From Eledone cirrhosa (Eukaryota): DNA of 64,000 bases. Shown here piece after piece: positions 63,451 to 64,000 of the stretch. The notes beneath the pieces were generated by a model, which was not told the origin of the DNA, searched no databases, and was given only the letters and a program-made list of their open reading frames with translations. Both the position numbers and the translations under genes were made by a program. The DNA lies in the NCBI GenBank assembly GCA_964016885.1, contig OZ024740.1, positions 157,852,001 to 157,916,000 of the forward strand. Reading direction: 5' to 3'. How positions within the stretch are numbered: position 1 is the first letter of the stretch; each line of letters begins with the position of its first letter.

Positions 63451-64000
63451 TTGCAGAACTCATATGGTTGCCATGTTAAGGAGACACTTATAATAAAATA
63501 CATAACATTCATCTTTAATATTATAAAAACTAACTCGTCACCAGAGACTAGAAATTATAAGTTTTCATCTGCATGAAAGGTAGGGTTCCTGCGTCATCTC
63601 ATTCTTCGGTACATGTCAATTTGAATATACGCCAGCGTCACTGTACCCTTGACTTGTTAGTGTAGGGGCTCTAATACAATGAATAACGATTTGAAGGCCA
63701 TTATTCTTGCTTTAGTTTAGACCCAGGTCAGCTCTGACAGAACAATTTTGTTTACCTCTGTAGATTGTTTTAGCAACGAAATATTTGTTTTTTCTTTAAT
63801 CAAATCAGTGTATTGTTATTTCTGCCGTTCTTTAAATACCATCAGCACCCATCAGTTGTGCGATCTCACAATCTTGTCTACATATATATACATTTTACAC
63901 AGTTGATACTATAGATCTCATGCTGTGACACTACGCAAACGGTATTTCAAACCATACGTTTCTTCTTCAAACATAGAAAAACAGTTCAACCCCTTACAAA

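Overview
AT-rich, microsatellite-dense animal genomic DNA. The SINE families and repeat landscape suggest a cephalopod, probably octopus; this is an inference. The window is almost all transposable elements: a full-length Tx1/L1-clade LINE with an 18-bp TSD and intact ORF2, a second decayed Tx1, two R4/Dong-type RLE retrotransposons, Penelope-like (GIY-YIG) remnants, a mariner derivative with 103-bp TIRs, a small Helitron, hAT/Tc1 MITEs, many tRNA-derived SINEs and a 607-bp bipartite RTE-derived element. The only supported host coding sequence is the first coding exon of an SLC16/MCT-type transporter (60497-60596). Three patterns stand out. (1) Many minimal hammerhead-ribozyme-like motifs sit in or near (TA)n tracts. 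Several lie inside long foldback hairpins, and one nearly intact copy lies on the sense strand 88 nt into the SLC16 intron. (2) The RTE-derived element has a twister-like structured 5' end. (3) Different retroelement families appear to occupy different microsatellite motifs. Most listed ORFs are microsatellite artefacts. Ribozyme calls are from manual pairing only and are untested.
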